A stretch of 64,000 bases of DNA from Candidatus Lutacidiplasma silvani (GCA_022750295.1 JAKIVZ010000003.1:51616-115615); one strand, 5' to 3'; counted from the first letter of the stretch, positions 37,618 through 47,729 are shown. A program made the numbers and translations. Notes: generated by a model from the sequence alone, not told the origin.

Positions 37618-38139
37618 ATGGGGCCGGCCGTGCCCCGCTCGATGGAGCTCCTGTCCCCGGGGATCCGGGTGACCCAGCTCGACCGTTCGCTCCGATTCTA
37701 CACGAAGACCCTTGGCCTTCGGGAAGTCCGGCGCGGCGACACCCGGTCCTGGGGCGGGGGGATCCGGGTCCTGCTCGAGGACCCCAAGTCCCGCCAGCGG
37801 GTCGAGCTGAACTGGTACCCGAAGGGCTCGATCTTCCATGGGCCGTTCCGGCCCGGGGACGCGCTCGACCATCTCGACTTCGACCTGGGGCCGGTCCCGG
37901 TCTCCGCGCCGGAGCGGGCGTACCGGCGTCTTCTCCGGGGCGGCGCCCGCGCGACCCGGTATCATGCCGCGACGACCGCCGGCTGGATGGCGAGCGCCAT
38001 CGACCCGAACGGCATCTGGATCGTCCTGACCCGCCGGCCTACGCCCAAGGAACAGCGGGCGATGGAGGCGGTGGACACCGCTCCGGTTTCGACGGCCGCG
38101 GGTTCCCCCGGAACCCGTCGCCGGCGGGCGAAGGCGTAG
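37618..38139 (+). CDS. VOC/glyoxalase family protein
   Basis: GIRVTQLDRSLRFYTKTLGL, VELNWY, LDHLDF, DPNGIWI. Confidence 0.85.
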   Translation: MGPAVPRSMELLSPGIRVTQLDRSLRFYTKTLGLREVRRGDTRSWGGGIRVLLEDPKSRQRVELNWYPKGSIFHGPFRPGDALDHLDFDLGPVPVSAPERAYRRLLRGGARATRYHAATTAGWMASAIDPNGIWIVLTRRPTPKEQRAMEAVDTAPVSTAAGSPGTRRRRAKA

Positions 38140-38152
38140 GCGGCCCGAGGCC

Positions 38153-38548
38153 ATGGCGAGCGAGGTCGTCCCCCGCCTCTTCGTCGGCGGCCGGCCCGAC
38201 GCGGCCCGGTTCCCCGGAGTTCGGCTCTCGGTGCTCGAAGACCTCGGGGACCCGACCCCGGCCGAAGTTCGGATCCCGATCCTGGTCGCCGAGCGAGGGG
38301 GCGCGGACCGACACGCGCTCGACCGGGTGGCCGACGTAATCGAGCGGGCGCTCCGCGGCGACCGCCCGGTGTTGGTCTACTGCGGCCACGGGGTGCGACG
38401 GAGCCCGCTCGCGGTCGCGTGGTACCTCCACCGCCGGAGGGGGCTTCCTCTCGATGCGGCGTACGCGGCGCTCCAGGCCGCCCGACCCGAGGTCGAGCCG
38501 GCCGTCGGGTGGCTCTCCAACTGGGGGGACCTGGTCCGCACCGAGTAG
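38153..38548 (+). CDS. Minimal dual-specificity protein phosphatase-like protein
   Basis: EVVPRLFVG; C-x5-R loop VLVYCGHGVRRS; AWYL...AY..L..ARP. Confidence 0.8.
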   Translation: MASEVVPRLFVGGRPDAARFPGVRLSVLEDLGDPTPAEVRIPILVAERGGADRHALDRVADVIERALRGDRPVLVYCGHGVRRSPLAVAWYLHRRRGLPLDAAYAALQAARPEVEPAVGWLSNWGDLVRTE

Positions 38549-38557
38549 CGGCGAAGG

Positions 38558-38902
38558 TCACTCCGTCGCCCGGCGCCGGAGCCGTTCCGGGTCGGCGAGG
38601 AGCGCGTCCCACGCCTTCCGGGTCTCGCCGATCGGCGAGCTCCGGACCGCGACGAGGATCGCGTCGGCGGTCCCGTCGCTCCACTCGAGGAACGCCTGCG
38701 GGATGACGTAGTCGTCCTTCCACGCCCCGAACGCACGGACGAGCCGGTCGGCCTCGTCCTCCGAAGCCGGGAGATCGATGTCGAGGAGTCGGAACGGAAC
38801 GCCGAGCCGCTTCGCGAGCACGGGGGCCCGGTCGGTCGAGGTCGGGACGCAGTACGGGCACCACGAGGCGGAGACGAGGGTCAGCCGGATCGGTTCCGCC
38901 AT
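38558..38902 (-). CDS. Thioredoxin/glutaredoxin-like protein
   Basis: WCPYC motif, IPQ cis-Pro loop. Confidence 0.75.
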   Translation of the reverse strand: MAEPIRLTLVSASWCPYCVPTSTDRAPVLAKRLGVPFRLLDIDLPASEDEADRLVRAFGAWKDDYVIPQAFLEWSDGTADAILVAVRSSPIGETRKAWDALLADPERLRRRATE

Positions 38903-39002
38903 CGGTCCCCTCCTCCGACGACCGATGCCGCCGAGTCGCCATATCGGTGTCGCGGGCGCTGGCGTAGGGACCACCAAATAGCCCCCCGAGGTGGCCTCGC
39001 CG

Positions 39003-39305
39003 ATGCCGACGAAGCCCCGAGCGCCCCGTCACCGGCGGACGCGACCCCCCCCCCGGCGACGCCCGGCGCCGACGCCGTCGGCCGTGCCCCGGCCCGCGAA
39101 CCTCCCGCTCGCGACCGCGCCCACGGGCCACCTGGTCTGCCGGTCGTGCGGGCGGATCGTCCGGCTCGAGCTCGCCGAAGGGGACGGGCCGAACCTCGCG
39201 GCGTTCGCCGACCGGCGGCCGGACGGCTGGTCCGCCGAATCGGTGAGCCTCACCGTTACGGGACTCTGCGCCGCCTGCCGTGCAGGACCGGCCCCCCCGC
39301 CGTAG
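39003..39305 (+). CDS. Stand-alone Fur/Zur C-terminal (Zn/dimerisation) domain protein
   Basis: GHLVCRSCGRIVRL...SLTVTGLCAAC; N-terminus is Pro/Arg low-complexity rather than a wHTH. Confidence 0.6.
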   Translation: MPTKPRAPRHRRTRPPPRRRPAPTPSAVPRPANLPLATAPTGHLVCRSCGRIVRLELAEGDGPNLAAFADRRPDGWSAESVSLTVTGLCAACRAGPAPPP

Positions 39306-39324
39306 AACCGAGTCGTCGAGACCG

Positions 39325-40482
39325 ATGCAGGGCGTCTTCACCGCACCCCGGATCGTCGCCGGCGCCGGGGCGATCGAGGCGCTGAGCGGCCTCGCCGCCC
39401 TCCGCCCGCTCGTGGTCGCCGACCCGGCGATCGCGAAGACGACCGGGGTCCGAAGGGTCGTCGAGGAGCTCGAGAAGACTCCCGATGCGGTCGTCACCGC
39501 GGTCTCGGACGTCACCGTCGAACCGACCCTCGCCGACGTCGAACGGGGCGTCGCCGCCGTCCGGTCCGCTTCGCCCGACCTGATCGTCGCGGTCGGCGGC
39601 GGGAGCACGATCGACACCGCGAAGGGGCTCTGGGTCCGATTCGTCCGACCGGACGTGGCCCTCGATGCGGTCACCCCGCTCGTCGAGCTCGGACTCCGCG
39701 CCCGGACCGGGTTCGCGGCGATCCCGACCACGAGCGGGAGCGGCAGCGAAGCGACGTGGACGGCCGAGCTCAGGGCCGACGACGGCCGGCCGGTCGACCT
39801 CGCCACGCGCGAGCTCGTGCCGGACTGGGCCCTGCTCGATGCCTCCCTCGCGGCCTCGGCCCCCGCGACGGCCCGGGCCGACGCCGCGGCCGACCTCCTC
39901 GGTCACGCGGTCGAGGCGCTGGGGTCGGAGTGGGCGAACGCGTTCTCCGACGCCGCCGGCCGGGACGCGCTCGCGACGGCCCTCACCGTCCTCCCGAAGC
40001 TCGCGAAGCATCCCGACGACGACGACGCCCGCAGCGCGCTCCACCACGCCGCGACGCTCGCGGGTCTCGCCGCGTCGAACGCCCAGGTCGGGGTCGCCCA
40101 CGCGCTGGCCCGCGCGCTCCGGCCGTCGACCGGCCTCTCCCACGGCCGACTCGTCGGGATCCTGCTCCCGTACGCGACCGAGTTCAACTATCCGAGCGCG
40201 CGGGACCGGTACGCCCGCCTGGCCGGCCCCCTCGCCCCGCCGCTCGCCCCGAATCGGAGCGCGCTCGCCGAGCGGCTCCGGGCGGTCCTCGGACCGCTCG
40301 GCGTGCCGCGCACGCTCGCCGACGCCGGGGTCGACCGGCTCCGGGCCGATGGGGGCCGGGCGACCGCCATCGCCCGCGCCGCCCGGACGCCGGCCGCGAT
40401 CGCGAACCCCCGGGTCCCGTCCGAGGACGAGCTCGGGCGACTGTTGGACGCCGCGTGGGCCGGGACCGCGGTCTCGTTCTGA
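39325..40482 (+). CDS. Iron-containing alcohol dehydrogenase family
   Basis: AVGGGSTIDTAK, IPTTSGSGSEAT, DLLGHAVEA, GVAHAL, SHGRL. Confidence 0.9.
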   Translation: MQGVFTAPRIVAGAGAIEALSGLAALRPLVVADPAIAKTTGVRRVVEELEKTPDAVVTAVSDVTVEPTLADVERGVAAVRSASPDLIVAVGGGSTIDTAKGLWVRFVRPDVALDAVTPLVELGLRARTGFAAIPTTSGSGSEATWTAELRADDGRPVDLATRELVPDWALLDASLAASAPATARADAAADLLGHAVEALGSEWANAFSDAAGRDALATALTVLPKLAKHPDDDDARSALHHAATLAGLAASNAQVGVAHALARALRPSTGLSHGRLVGILLPYATEFNYPSARDRYARLAGPLAPPLAPNRSALAERLRAVLGPLGVPRTLADAGVDRLRADGGRATAIARAARTPAAIANPRVPSEDELGRLLDAAWAGTAVSF

Positions 40483-40527
40483 CCGTCGTCGCGCACCGGA
40501 CCGGTGGGGGCCGGGGGTCCGGGTGTC

Positions 40528-41589
40528 TCAGGGCGTGGCGACGATCGGGGGAACGGTCGTTCCGCTCTCCCGCTGCGCGACCGCGTGGTTGATCGCGATC
40601 TCGGCGAGGTCGCTCGCGTACGACGCGGAGCGTTCCACGCTCTCGAGGACGTAGGCGAGGGAGACGGCGACCCGGCCGCGCTTCGTCGCGAGCTCGTGGA
40701 GGATCTTCTGCCGCTCCCGGGTCACCCGGTGCGCGGTGTCGACGACCGCGTTCGCGCGGTCGATGTCTCCGGAATCGAGCGCGTCGAGCGCCTCGGAGAG
40801 GCCGTTCGCGGCGATCGCGTGGAGCTTGTCGAGGGAGTCGACGACCGCCTGGGGCGGCTCCTCCTTCCCGAGCATATCGATCGTCTCCGCAATCTTCACC
40901 GCGTGGTCGGCGATCCGCTCGAGGACCCGGGAGGCGAGGAGGAACGTCGCGCAGTCCGGCAGCGTGAGGCCGAGGCTCGTCAGGGTCCGGGCGTCCCGGA
41001 GCGCGGTCGTCACCTGCTTCTCCACGAACCAGTGGAGCCGGTCGACCTCCCAGTCCCGCTCGACGACGTCCTTCGCGATCGATGGGTCGCGGGTGTGGAA
41101 GGCGGCCATCGCGTCGGTCTGCATCGCCCGGACCATCTGGTGCATCCGCCGGATGACCGAGGGGATCGGGAGCGGGTTCGCCCCGACGACGTCCTGGAGG
41201 ACGACCGCGTCGCCCGTCTCTTCGAGGATCTCGGGGCCGATCATCCGCTGCGCGAAGCCGCGGACGACGTTCCGGGTCTTCGGGCTCATCCGGCCCGGCG
41301 TCCGGACCTCGAGGAGCGGGGCCCCCGCGATGTACTCCGCGATGAGCCGGCGGAACAGGTGGTCCTCGTCCATGTCGTTCGTGACCTCGACCGTCCGCTT
41401 CACCCCCTCCGAGCGGGGACCTTCGTCCGCGTAGAGGGTGAGGGACCCATCCGAGCGGGGCGAGAACAGGAGGACGTCCCCCTCGTGGAGGCCCCGGCTC
41501 GTCACCCAGTTCTTGGGCAACGAGACGATGAACGTCGATCCACCGGTCTTCTGGATCCGACGACCGTGGAACCCGCCGGTGCTCCGCAT
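40528..41589 (-). CDS. phoU: Archaeal phosphate-uptake regulator (AbrB + tandem PhoU domains)
   Basis: RRIQKTGGSTFIVSLPKNWV, RDWEVDR, LERIADHA, ESVERSASY. Confidence 0.9.
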   Translation of the reverse strand: MRSTGGFHGRRIQKTGGSTFIVSLPKNWVTSRGLHEGDVLLFSPRSDGSLTLYADEGPRSEGVKRTVEVTNDMDEDHLFRRLIAEYIAGAPLLEVRTPGRMSPKTRNVVRGFAQRMIGPEILEETGDAVVLQDVVGANPLPIPSVIRRMHQMVRAMQTDAMAAFHTRDPSIAKDVVERDWEVDRLHWFVEKQVTTALRDARTLTSLGLTLPDCATFLLASRVLERIADHAVKIAETIDMLGKEEPPQAVVDSLDKLHAIAANGLSEALDALDSGDIDRANAVVDTAHRVTRERQKILHELATKRGRVAVSLAYVLESVERSASYASDLAEIAINHAVAQRESGTTVPPIVATP

Positions 41590-41734
41590 CTGAGGGGGCG
41601 ACCACCCATCTCTATACTTTATAGATTTGCGCGTGCGGCCCGTTCCGGGCGAGGAAAACCGACGTCCGGCCGGCGACGGTCCCGCCCGCGGCGGACGTCC
41701 TAAATAGGAACGCGGACGCTGGCGAGCCGGACCC

Positions 41735-43354
41735 ATGGACCCCGCGCCCGATCCGCGTCCCGGCGCCGGCGCTCCCGGCCCGGACCTTCGGTCGCTGCGG
41801 ACCCGGTCCACCCGGTACCACCGGCCGAGGGCGCCGTTCTGCGGCGTCGGGTACTGCACGAACTGCCTCGTCCGGGTGAACGGCGTCCCGAACGTCCGGG
41901 CGTGCCGCACCCCGTTCGCCCCGACCGACAGGGTCGAGGTCGAGAACGCTTGGCCGTCGTCCCGCTTCGACCTCCTCGCCGCGTTCGACGTCGTGTTTCC
42001 GCACGGGATCGACACGCTCCGAGGGTTCCGCCGCCCGGCGTTCGCCCGCGGATTCTACCAGCGTGTCGTCCGTCGCCTCGCCGGCACGGGCGCGTTGCCC
42101 ACGCCGACCCGTCCGGTCGGGACCGCGCCGGCCCGCACGATCGAGACCGACGTCGTGATCGTCGGCGCCGGGACCGCCGGACGGGCGTGCGCCGGGGCCG
42201 TGGTCGGGGCCGGCGGACGACCGGTGGTCCTGGAGCGCGAACCCGGCGCGGCCGCGGTCGACGGGGCCGAAGTCGTCGTGGGGACCACCGCGGTGTTCCT
42301 GCCGCCCCCGGTCCTCGGTCGACCGTTTCCGTTCCAATTGATCGCGAGCGCTCCCGGGGGCTCGGCCACCGAGGTCCACGCCCGGCGCGTCGTCGTGGCC
42401 GTCGGCGGATACGACGCGTCGCTCTGGTTCGCCGGCAGCGACCGGCCGGGCGTCCTCACGGCGGACGGGGCCGAACGGATGCACCCGGCGAAGCGCCCGG
42501 GGTTCCACCGGGCGGTGGTGTTCGGCGGCGGCCCGCGGGCGCTCGAGATGCTGAACCGGTTCCCCGAGCACGTCGACGCCGTGGTCGCCCCGGGGACGAT
42601 CGACCCGGACGTGAGCCGCCGCGCGTCGGAGCTCGACATTCCGCTGTACCCTCGTACCCTCGTCCTCGGAGCCCTCGGCCGGTCGCGGGTCGAACGGGTT
42701 CGGCTCACTCGCCGTGGAGGGAGCTCGCCGACGTTCGAGATCCCCGTCGACGCGGTCGTGCTCGCGCACCGGCGACTTCCGCACGCCCAGCTGTTCTTCC
42801 AAGCCGGGGCCCGGATGGCGTGGCGTCCGGACGTCGGCGCGTACTCCCCCGCGATTGGGGCCTGCGGGGAGACGAGCGTACCCGGACTCTTCGCCGCCGG
42901 CGAGCCGGCCGGGGCGGCCCGTCCGGACGACGCCGTTCGAAGCGGGGAGGTAGCGGGGGCCGCCGTCGTGGCCGGAGGGCCGTCGCCCTCCCTCCCGGTC
43001 GCACCTGCTCCCGAGGGTCGTCACGAGCTCGAGGGGTACTACCAGGAATGGCTCGCCGCCGGACCCGGCCCCGGCAAGGTCGTGGTCTGCCCGTGCGAGG
43101 ACGTCCTCCTCCCCGAGCTCCTCGACGCCACCGACCGGGGATACCGCGGGATCGAGGTGATCAAGCGGTACACCGGCCTCGGAACCGGGCTCTGCCAGGG
43201 CCGCTACTGCCTGCCCGACGCGCTCTTCGTCCTCGCCGCCCGCGAACGAAGACCGGTCCCGGAGGTTGGGTACATCACCCAGCGACCGCCCGTGGTGCCG
43301 ACCTCGCTCGGGGCCCTCGCGGGGCTCCCGGAGCCGGGAGGGCCCCCGCCATGA
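41735..43354 (+). CDS. Sarcosine oxidase/proline dehydrogenase alpha-like subunit (2Fe-2S, FAD, BFD-like domain)
   Basis: FCGVGYCTNCLVRVNG.PNVRAC; VGAGTAG; CPCEDV...KRYTGLGTGLCQGRYC; TQRPP. Confidence 0.88.
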   Translation: MDPAPDPRPGAGAPGPDLRSLRTRSTRYHRPRAPFCGVGYCTNCLVRVNGVPNVRACRTPFAPTDRVEVENAWPSSRFDLLAAFDVVFPHGIDTLRGFRRPAFARGFYQRVVRRLAGTGALPTPTRPVGTAPARTIETDVVIVGAGTAGRACAGAVVGAGGRPVVLEREPGAAAVDGAEVVVGTTAVFLPPPVLGRPFPFQLIASAPGGSATEVHARRVVVAVGGYDASLWFAGSDRPGVLTADGAERMHPAKRPGFHRAVVFGGGPRALEMLNRFPEHVDAVVAPGTIDPDVSRRASELDIPLYPRTLVLGALGRSRVERVRLTRRGGSSPTFEIPVDAVVLAHRRLPHAQLFFQAGARMAWRPDVGAYSPAIGACGETSVPGLFAAGEPAGAARPDDAVRSGEVAGAAVVAGGPSPSLPVAPAPEGRHELEGYYQEWLAAGPGPGKVVVCPCEDVLLPELLDATDRGYRGIEVIKRYTGLGTGLCQGRYCLPDALFVLAARERRPVPEVGYITQRPPVVPTSLGALAGLPEPGGPPP

Positions 43355-44517
43355 CCCCCCCTACGCGCCGGTCGTACCGGGTCGCGATCGTCGGGGGCGG
43401 GATCGTCGGGCTGTTCACGGCGTACCATCTCCTCCGGGCCGGCGCCGGTCCGGTCGTGGTGCTCGAGCGGGGGTTCCTCTCCTCGGGCGCCTCGGGCCGG
43501 AACGGCGGCGGGGTCCGGCAACAGTGGGACACCCGGGCGACGGTCCGGCTGATGCGAGAGGCGGTCGGCGCCTGGAAGCGGTTCGGCCGCGAGTTCGGCA
43601 CGAACGTCTGGTTTCGGCAGGGAGGCTACCTGTTTCTGGCGACGACCCCGGACGAGGTCGGACGGCTCCACAAGGTGACGGAGGCCGTCCGGGCGGAGGG
43701 GCTCGATGGGCGTCTCCTCGACGCGACCGACGTCCCCCGCCACGCGCCCGCGCTCTCGCTGGACGGGGTGCTTGGCGCGACGTTCCTGCGGACCGACGGG
43801 ACCCTCTACCCGTTCCCGGGGGTGTGGGGGGTCTACGAGGCGGTCCGGGCGCTCGGCGGCGAGGTGTGCCTCGGCGTCGAGGTCACCGGGGTCCGGATCG
43901 AGGGCGGCCGCGCCGTCGGTCTTACCACGTCCGCGGGCCCGGTCGACGCGACCACCGTCGTGAATGCGGCCGGGGGATGGTCGGCCGACGTCTCCCGGTT
44001 GGCCGGGCTCGCGGTCCCGAACGTGGCGAGCCGCCACGAGATCCTGGCCACCGAGCCGCTGAAGCCGTTCCTGGATCCGATGGTGATCCGGCTCTCCGAC
44101 GGACTCTACTTCAGCCAGACGATGCGCGGGGAGGTCGTCGGCGGGCTCGCCGTGCCCCATCCGACCGGGACCCGGGCCGGCGTCCCGACGTCGGTCGCGT
44201 TCCTCGGGTCGATGTCCCGGTCGCTCGTCCGGCTCGTGCCGGCGCTGGCGCCGGTGGGCGTGCTCCGCGCGTGGTCCGGGTACTACGACGATACGCCGGA
44301 CGGGTTCCCGGTGATCGGGGAAGACCCGCGGCTCCCCGGGTTCGTCCACGCGAACGGGTTCAGCGGCCACGGGTTCATGCTCTCCCCCGCCTCGTCGAAG
44401 CGGGTCGCGAAGGCGGTGATGGGCGAACCGACCGACCTCGACCCCGCGCAGTTCTCCCCGGGCCGGTTCCTCGACCCGCACCGGGCGGCGACTCCCGAAG
44501 GGCTGCAGCCGGGGTAG
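43351..44517 (+). CDS. FAD-dependent oxidoreductase, sarcosine oxidase/proline dehydrogenase beta-like subunit
   Basis: IVGGGIVG, GASGRNGGGVR, VNAAGGWS, WSGYYDDTPD, GFSGHGFMLSP. Confidence 0.92.
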   Translation: MTPPTRRSYRVAIVGGGIVGLFTAYHLLRAGAGPVVVLERGFLSSGASGRNGGGVRQQWDTRATVRLMREAVGAWKRFGREFGTNVWFRQGGYLFLATTPDEVGRLHKVTEAVRAEGLDGRLLDATDVPRHAPALSLDGVLGATFLRTDGTLYPFPGVWGVYEAVRALGGEVCLGVEVTGVRIEGGRAVGLTTSAGPVDATTVVNAAGGWSADVSRLAGLAVPNVASRHEILATEPLKPFLDPMVIRLSDGLYFSQTMRGEVVGGLAVPHPTGTRAGVPTSVAFLGSMSRSLVRLVPALAPVGVLRAWSGYYDDTPDGFPVIGEDPRLPGFVHANGFSGHGFMLSPASSKRVAKAVMGEPTDLDPAQFSPGRFLDPHRAATPEGLQPG

Positions 44518-44575
44518 GGCGCCGACCGCCCGCCCCATCGGCAAACCGTTTCCCCCCCGTCCCGGTCGGGAGTCC

Positions 44576-45883
44576 GTGTTCGACCGGTCGCCGGCGAATC
44601 CGTTCCCCGGGCCGACGCCCGAGGGGAAGGGGGCCGACGCGATGCACGCGACGGCGTTCCGGGCGGCGGTGGAGGGGGCCGACGCGTACCATGGCGTCCG
44701 GTCCGCGCTGCGGCGCGACGGGCCGACCGTCCGGCTCGGGAACCGGTTCGCCCCGATCGCCCGCTTCCGGGAGATCGCGTTCGTTTCGGTCGGGAACGCC
44801 GCGATCTCGGCGGCGTACGGGGCGCACGACGCGCTCGGGTCTGCGATCACCCAGGGGTACATGGCCGGGCCGAACCCGGTCCCCCCGGAGATCCCGTTCC
44901 GCGGCACCGTCGTGCCCCCCGGTCGGCCCGGCCGGGCCGGGGCCGACGCCGCTCTCGCCGACATCCTCGAGCTCGCCGCCGGTCTCGGCGAGAAGGACCT
45001 CCTCGTCCTCCTCGTGACCCCGGGGGCGGTCGTGACGCTGGCCGCGCCTCCCCCGGGGTTCGACGGCCCGGCGTGGAGCGAATGGCTCTCGTCCCTCTCC
45101 GCCGCCGGGGCGTCGTCGGCCGAGGTCGCGGTCGTCGTGCGGGCGCTCGGCCGGGGCGGCGTCGGAGGTCGAGTGGCCGCCGCCGCGTCGGCCGCGGAGG
45201 TCCTCCCGCTCGTCGTCGACCGGGGGGAGGGGGGCGTCCGGGTCGGGGGGGGCCCCAGCGTGGCGGTCTCCCCGACCGAGCGGGCCGAGGCCCGGGCGAC
45301 GCTGGAGCGGCTCGGGCGGCTCGCCGGCCTTCCCGCGGAGGCCCGGGCCACGTTGGCCCCGGACCCGTCCCTTCCCCGGTCGATCTCCCGCAAGCTCCAC
45401 CGTCCCGTGGCGGTCGCCGGCCCGTCGGAAGCGCTCCGCTCGGCGGGCGATGCGATCACCACCCGCGGCTACACGTCCCGGCTCGCGGCGATGACGATCG
45501 GAGGCAACGCGCCGACCGCCGCCGCCGACTTCGTGGACCGGGCCGACGGCGTCGTCGCGTCGGCCCTCGGCGGGGGGGCGCCGAAGTCGAAGGGCGTCGT
45601 CGTGTTCGCGCCGTCGACCCTGAACGTCCCGGAGGGCGACGACGAGCGGACCCAATTCGTCGCGTTCGCGGCCGCGGCTTCGGCCCGGATCCGCCGCCGC
45701 GGGATGACCGTCGGCGTCTACCAGACCGGCGCTCTCCCCGAGCCGAAGGGGGCGGCGGGCGTCGTCGTCGACGCCGCGGGGAGCGCCGGCCCGGCGGTGC
45801 CGCGACCGCTCGCGATGCGGCCCGGGATCACCGACGTCGGCTGCCTCCTCGTCGCGGTTGCGCCGTCGGAGCCGACGCCGTGA
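44576..45883 (+). CDS. Degenerate glycerate 2-kinase (DUF4147/MOFRL) homologue
   Basis: Class II glycerate kinase layout with substituted motifs (VGNAA, PNPVP, LVTPGA, GGGPS, GITDVG). Confidence 0.65.
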   Translation: MFDRSPANPFPGPTPEGKGADAMHATAFRAAVEGADAYHGVRSALRRDGPTVRLGNRFAPIARFREIAFVSVGNAAISAAYGAHDALGSAITQGYMAGPNPVPPEIPFRGTVVPPGRPGRAGADAALADILELAAGLGEKDLLVLLVTPGAVVTLAAPPPGFDGPAWSEWLSSLSAAGASSAEVAVVVRALGRGGVGGRVAAAASAAEVLPLVVDRGEGGVRVGGGPSVAVSPTERAEARATLERLGRLAGLPAEARATLAPDPSLPRSISRKLHRPVAVAGPSEALRSAGDAITTRGYTSRLAAMTIGGNAPTAAADFVDRADGVVASALGGGAPKSKGVVVFAPSTLNVPEGDDERTQFVAFAAAASARIRRRGMTVGVYQTGALPEPKGAAGVVVDAAGSAGPAVPRPLAMRPGITDVGCLLVAVAPSEPTP

Positions 45884-47133
45884 GCCTCGGCGGACCCGAG
45901 GTCCCCGTCCGAGGGGGCGGGTTCGCCGCCTACCGCCGGCTCTTCCGGCAGCGCCGGTTCACGTGGTTCTTCCTCTCGCAGGCGGCCGGCGACGCGGGGT
46001 ACGCGATCTACACGATCGCGATCCCGTTCCTCGCCTACCGGATCTCGGGGAGCTTCGCCGTCGCCGGACTCGTCCTCGGGATCGAGTTCGCCGTCTACGC
46101 GCTCTCGTTCCTCGCCGGTCCGGTCGTCGACAAAGTCGCCGACCTGCGGACGATCCTCCTGATCGGGTACCCGATCCAGGGCGCGTTCGCCCTCGTCCTG
46201 GGCTGGCTCGCCGGGACCGGGACGCTGACGGTCCCGCTCCTCCTCGCCCTCGTGGTCGCGATCTCGGTCCCGTGGAACTTCACGTGGACCGCGACGAACG
46301 CGATCCCCCCGAAGATCGTCGGCCCCGAGGAGCTGTTCCCGGCGAGCTCGCTCCTCTCGGTCGTCTCCGACGCCACCCAGGTCGTCGGGTATGCGGCCGG
46401 GGCGGCCCTCATCCTCTTCCTGAGCGCCGCCGCCGGCCCGGTCCTCTACGGGGTCGCCAACTTCGCGGCCGCCGCGTTCGCGATCCCCGTGCTCGTCCCC
46501 CAGGCGAGCGTCGCCCGTGCGTGGTGGCACGACCTGGTCGAGGGGCTGCGGGCGTTCGCCCACGGCGGCGGGCGGCCGCTCGTCGCCCTCAGCTCGTTCT
46601 CGGCGGCCGAGGCGTTCCTCGGGGCGGGTCCGCCCCTCCTGATCCTCGCCGCCGCGAACGCGCGGGCCGCGGCCGCCGCGGGGACGTACGGCGTCCTGTT
46701 CACGGCGTTCGCGGTCGGCGGGGTCGTCGGCGCCCTCGGGCTCGGCGCCGCGAACCCGCGGGCCCGGCTCGGCGTCACGCTCGTCGCGGCGACCGTGGCC
46801 GAGGGGGTCCTGATCACCGGAGCCGTCGTCCTCGCGCCGTACGGCGTCTTCGCCGCACCTCTTTGGTTCGGGGTCGGGGCCGTCGACCTCGTGTTCTACC
46901 AGGTCGTCGTCGTCTTCCTCCAGGCGACGAGCCCGCCCGACCTCGTCGGACGGACATTGACGAACCACTACCTGTTCCGGGGAACCGGGCGCGCCGCCGG
47001 GGCGACCGCGATCGGCGGGCTCCTCGCGCTCGCCCCACTGGTCGTGATCGGCGTGGCGAGCGGGCTCGCGTTCCTCGTCGTCGCGGGGCTCGCCGTCGTC
47101 CTGATCCCGACGGTCCGGCGACTGGCGTTCTAG
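45880..47133 (+). CDS. MFS transporter
   Basis: About 12 TM; AGPVVDK.DLR motif A; LQATSP..LVGR; GTGA overlap. Confidence 0.88.
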   Translation: MSLGGPEVPVRGGGFAAYRRLFRQRRFTWFFLSQAAGDAGYAIYTIAIPFLAYRISGSFAVAGLVLGIEFAVYALSFLAGPVVDKVADLRTILLIGYPIQGAFALVLGWLAGTGTLTVPLLLALVVAISVPWNFTWTATNAIPPKIVGPEELFPASSLLSVVSDATQVVGYAAGAALILFLSAAAGPVLYGVANFAAAAFAIPVLVPQASVARAWWHDLVEGLRAFAHGGGRPLVALSSFSAAEAFLGAGPPLLILAAANARAAAAAGTYGVLFTAFAVGGVVGALGLGAANPRARLGVTLVAATVAEGVLITGAVVLAPYGVFAAPLWFGVGAVDLVFYQVVVVFLQATSPPDLVGRTLTNHYLFRGTGRAAGATAIGGLLALAPLVVIGVASGLAFLVVAGLAVVLIPTVRRLAF

Positions 47134-47729
47134 GTCGACGCGGGGGGCGCTTCGGGGGGGCCGAAATGCCGCTTGAGCGCCATGTACTCCTCGTACGAGA
47201 TCTGGCGACGCGCCCGGACGGCCCCGGCCTGCCGGAGCGATTCGATCCGGTACTGGGACAGGAGCTCCGTCACCGGGCGGGCCCGGCTCGGCGTCCGGTC
47301 GTTCTCGAGCGGCGCGGCCGCGATCGGCCGGTCGGTGACGGGGATCTCCTCCACGCGGGCCGGCATCGGTGCGCCGGCGACGACGGGACCGGCGAGGTAG
47401 CCGCGGAGCGCTTCGGCCTCCCCCGACGTCAACTCGCCCTCGGCCAGGAGCAGCTCGACGAGCTCGCTCTGCCGGGGCCGATACGTTTCGACGAGCTCGG
47501 TGAGCGTGCGGTCGTCCCGCGGGGGGGTCGTCGGAGCGAACCCGGCGAGCCGGGACGCCTCGGCGAGGTCGCGGTCGAGGGTGGCGATCGCCTCCCCCAG
47601 CTCGGCGACCGTCGGACCGGACGCCGACGCCGGAAACCGGGCCTCGAGCCGCAGCCGTCGCGGGGGTTCGCCGGTCCGGGCCGCCTCCCCCTCGACGCTG
47701 ACGACGACCTCGGTCCGCTCCGGTGCCAT
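47130..47729 (-). CDS. Hypothetical protein
   Basis: Coding-like from MAPERTE; C-terminal RARRQISYEEYMALKRHF. Confidence 0.65.
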   Translation of the reverse strand: MAPERTEVVVSVEGEAARTGEPPRRLRLEARFPASASGPTVAELGEAIATLDRDLAEASRLAGFAPTTPPRDDRTLTELVETYRPRQSELVELLLAEGELTSGEAEALRGYLAGPVVAGAPMPARVEEIPVTDRPIAAAPLENDRTPSRARPVTELLSQYRIESLRQAGAVRARRQISYEEYMALKRHFGPPEAPPAST

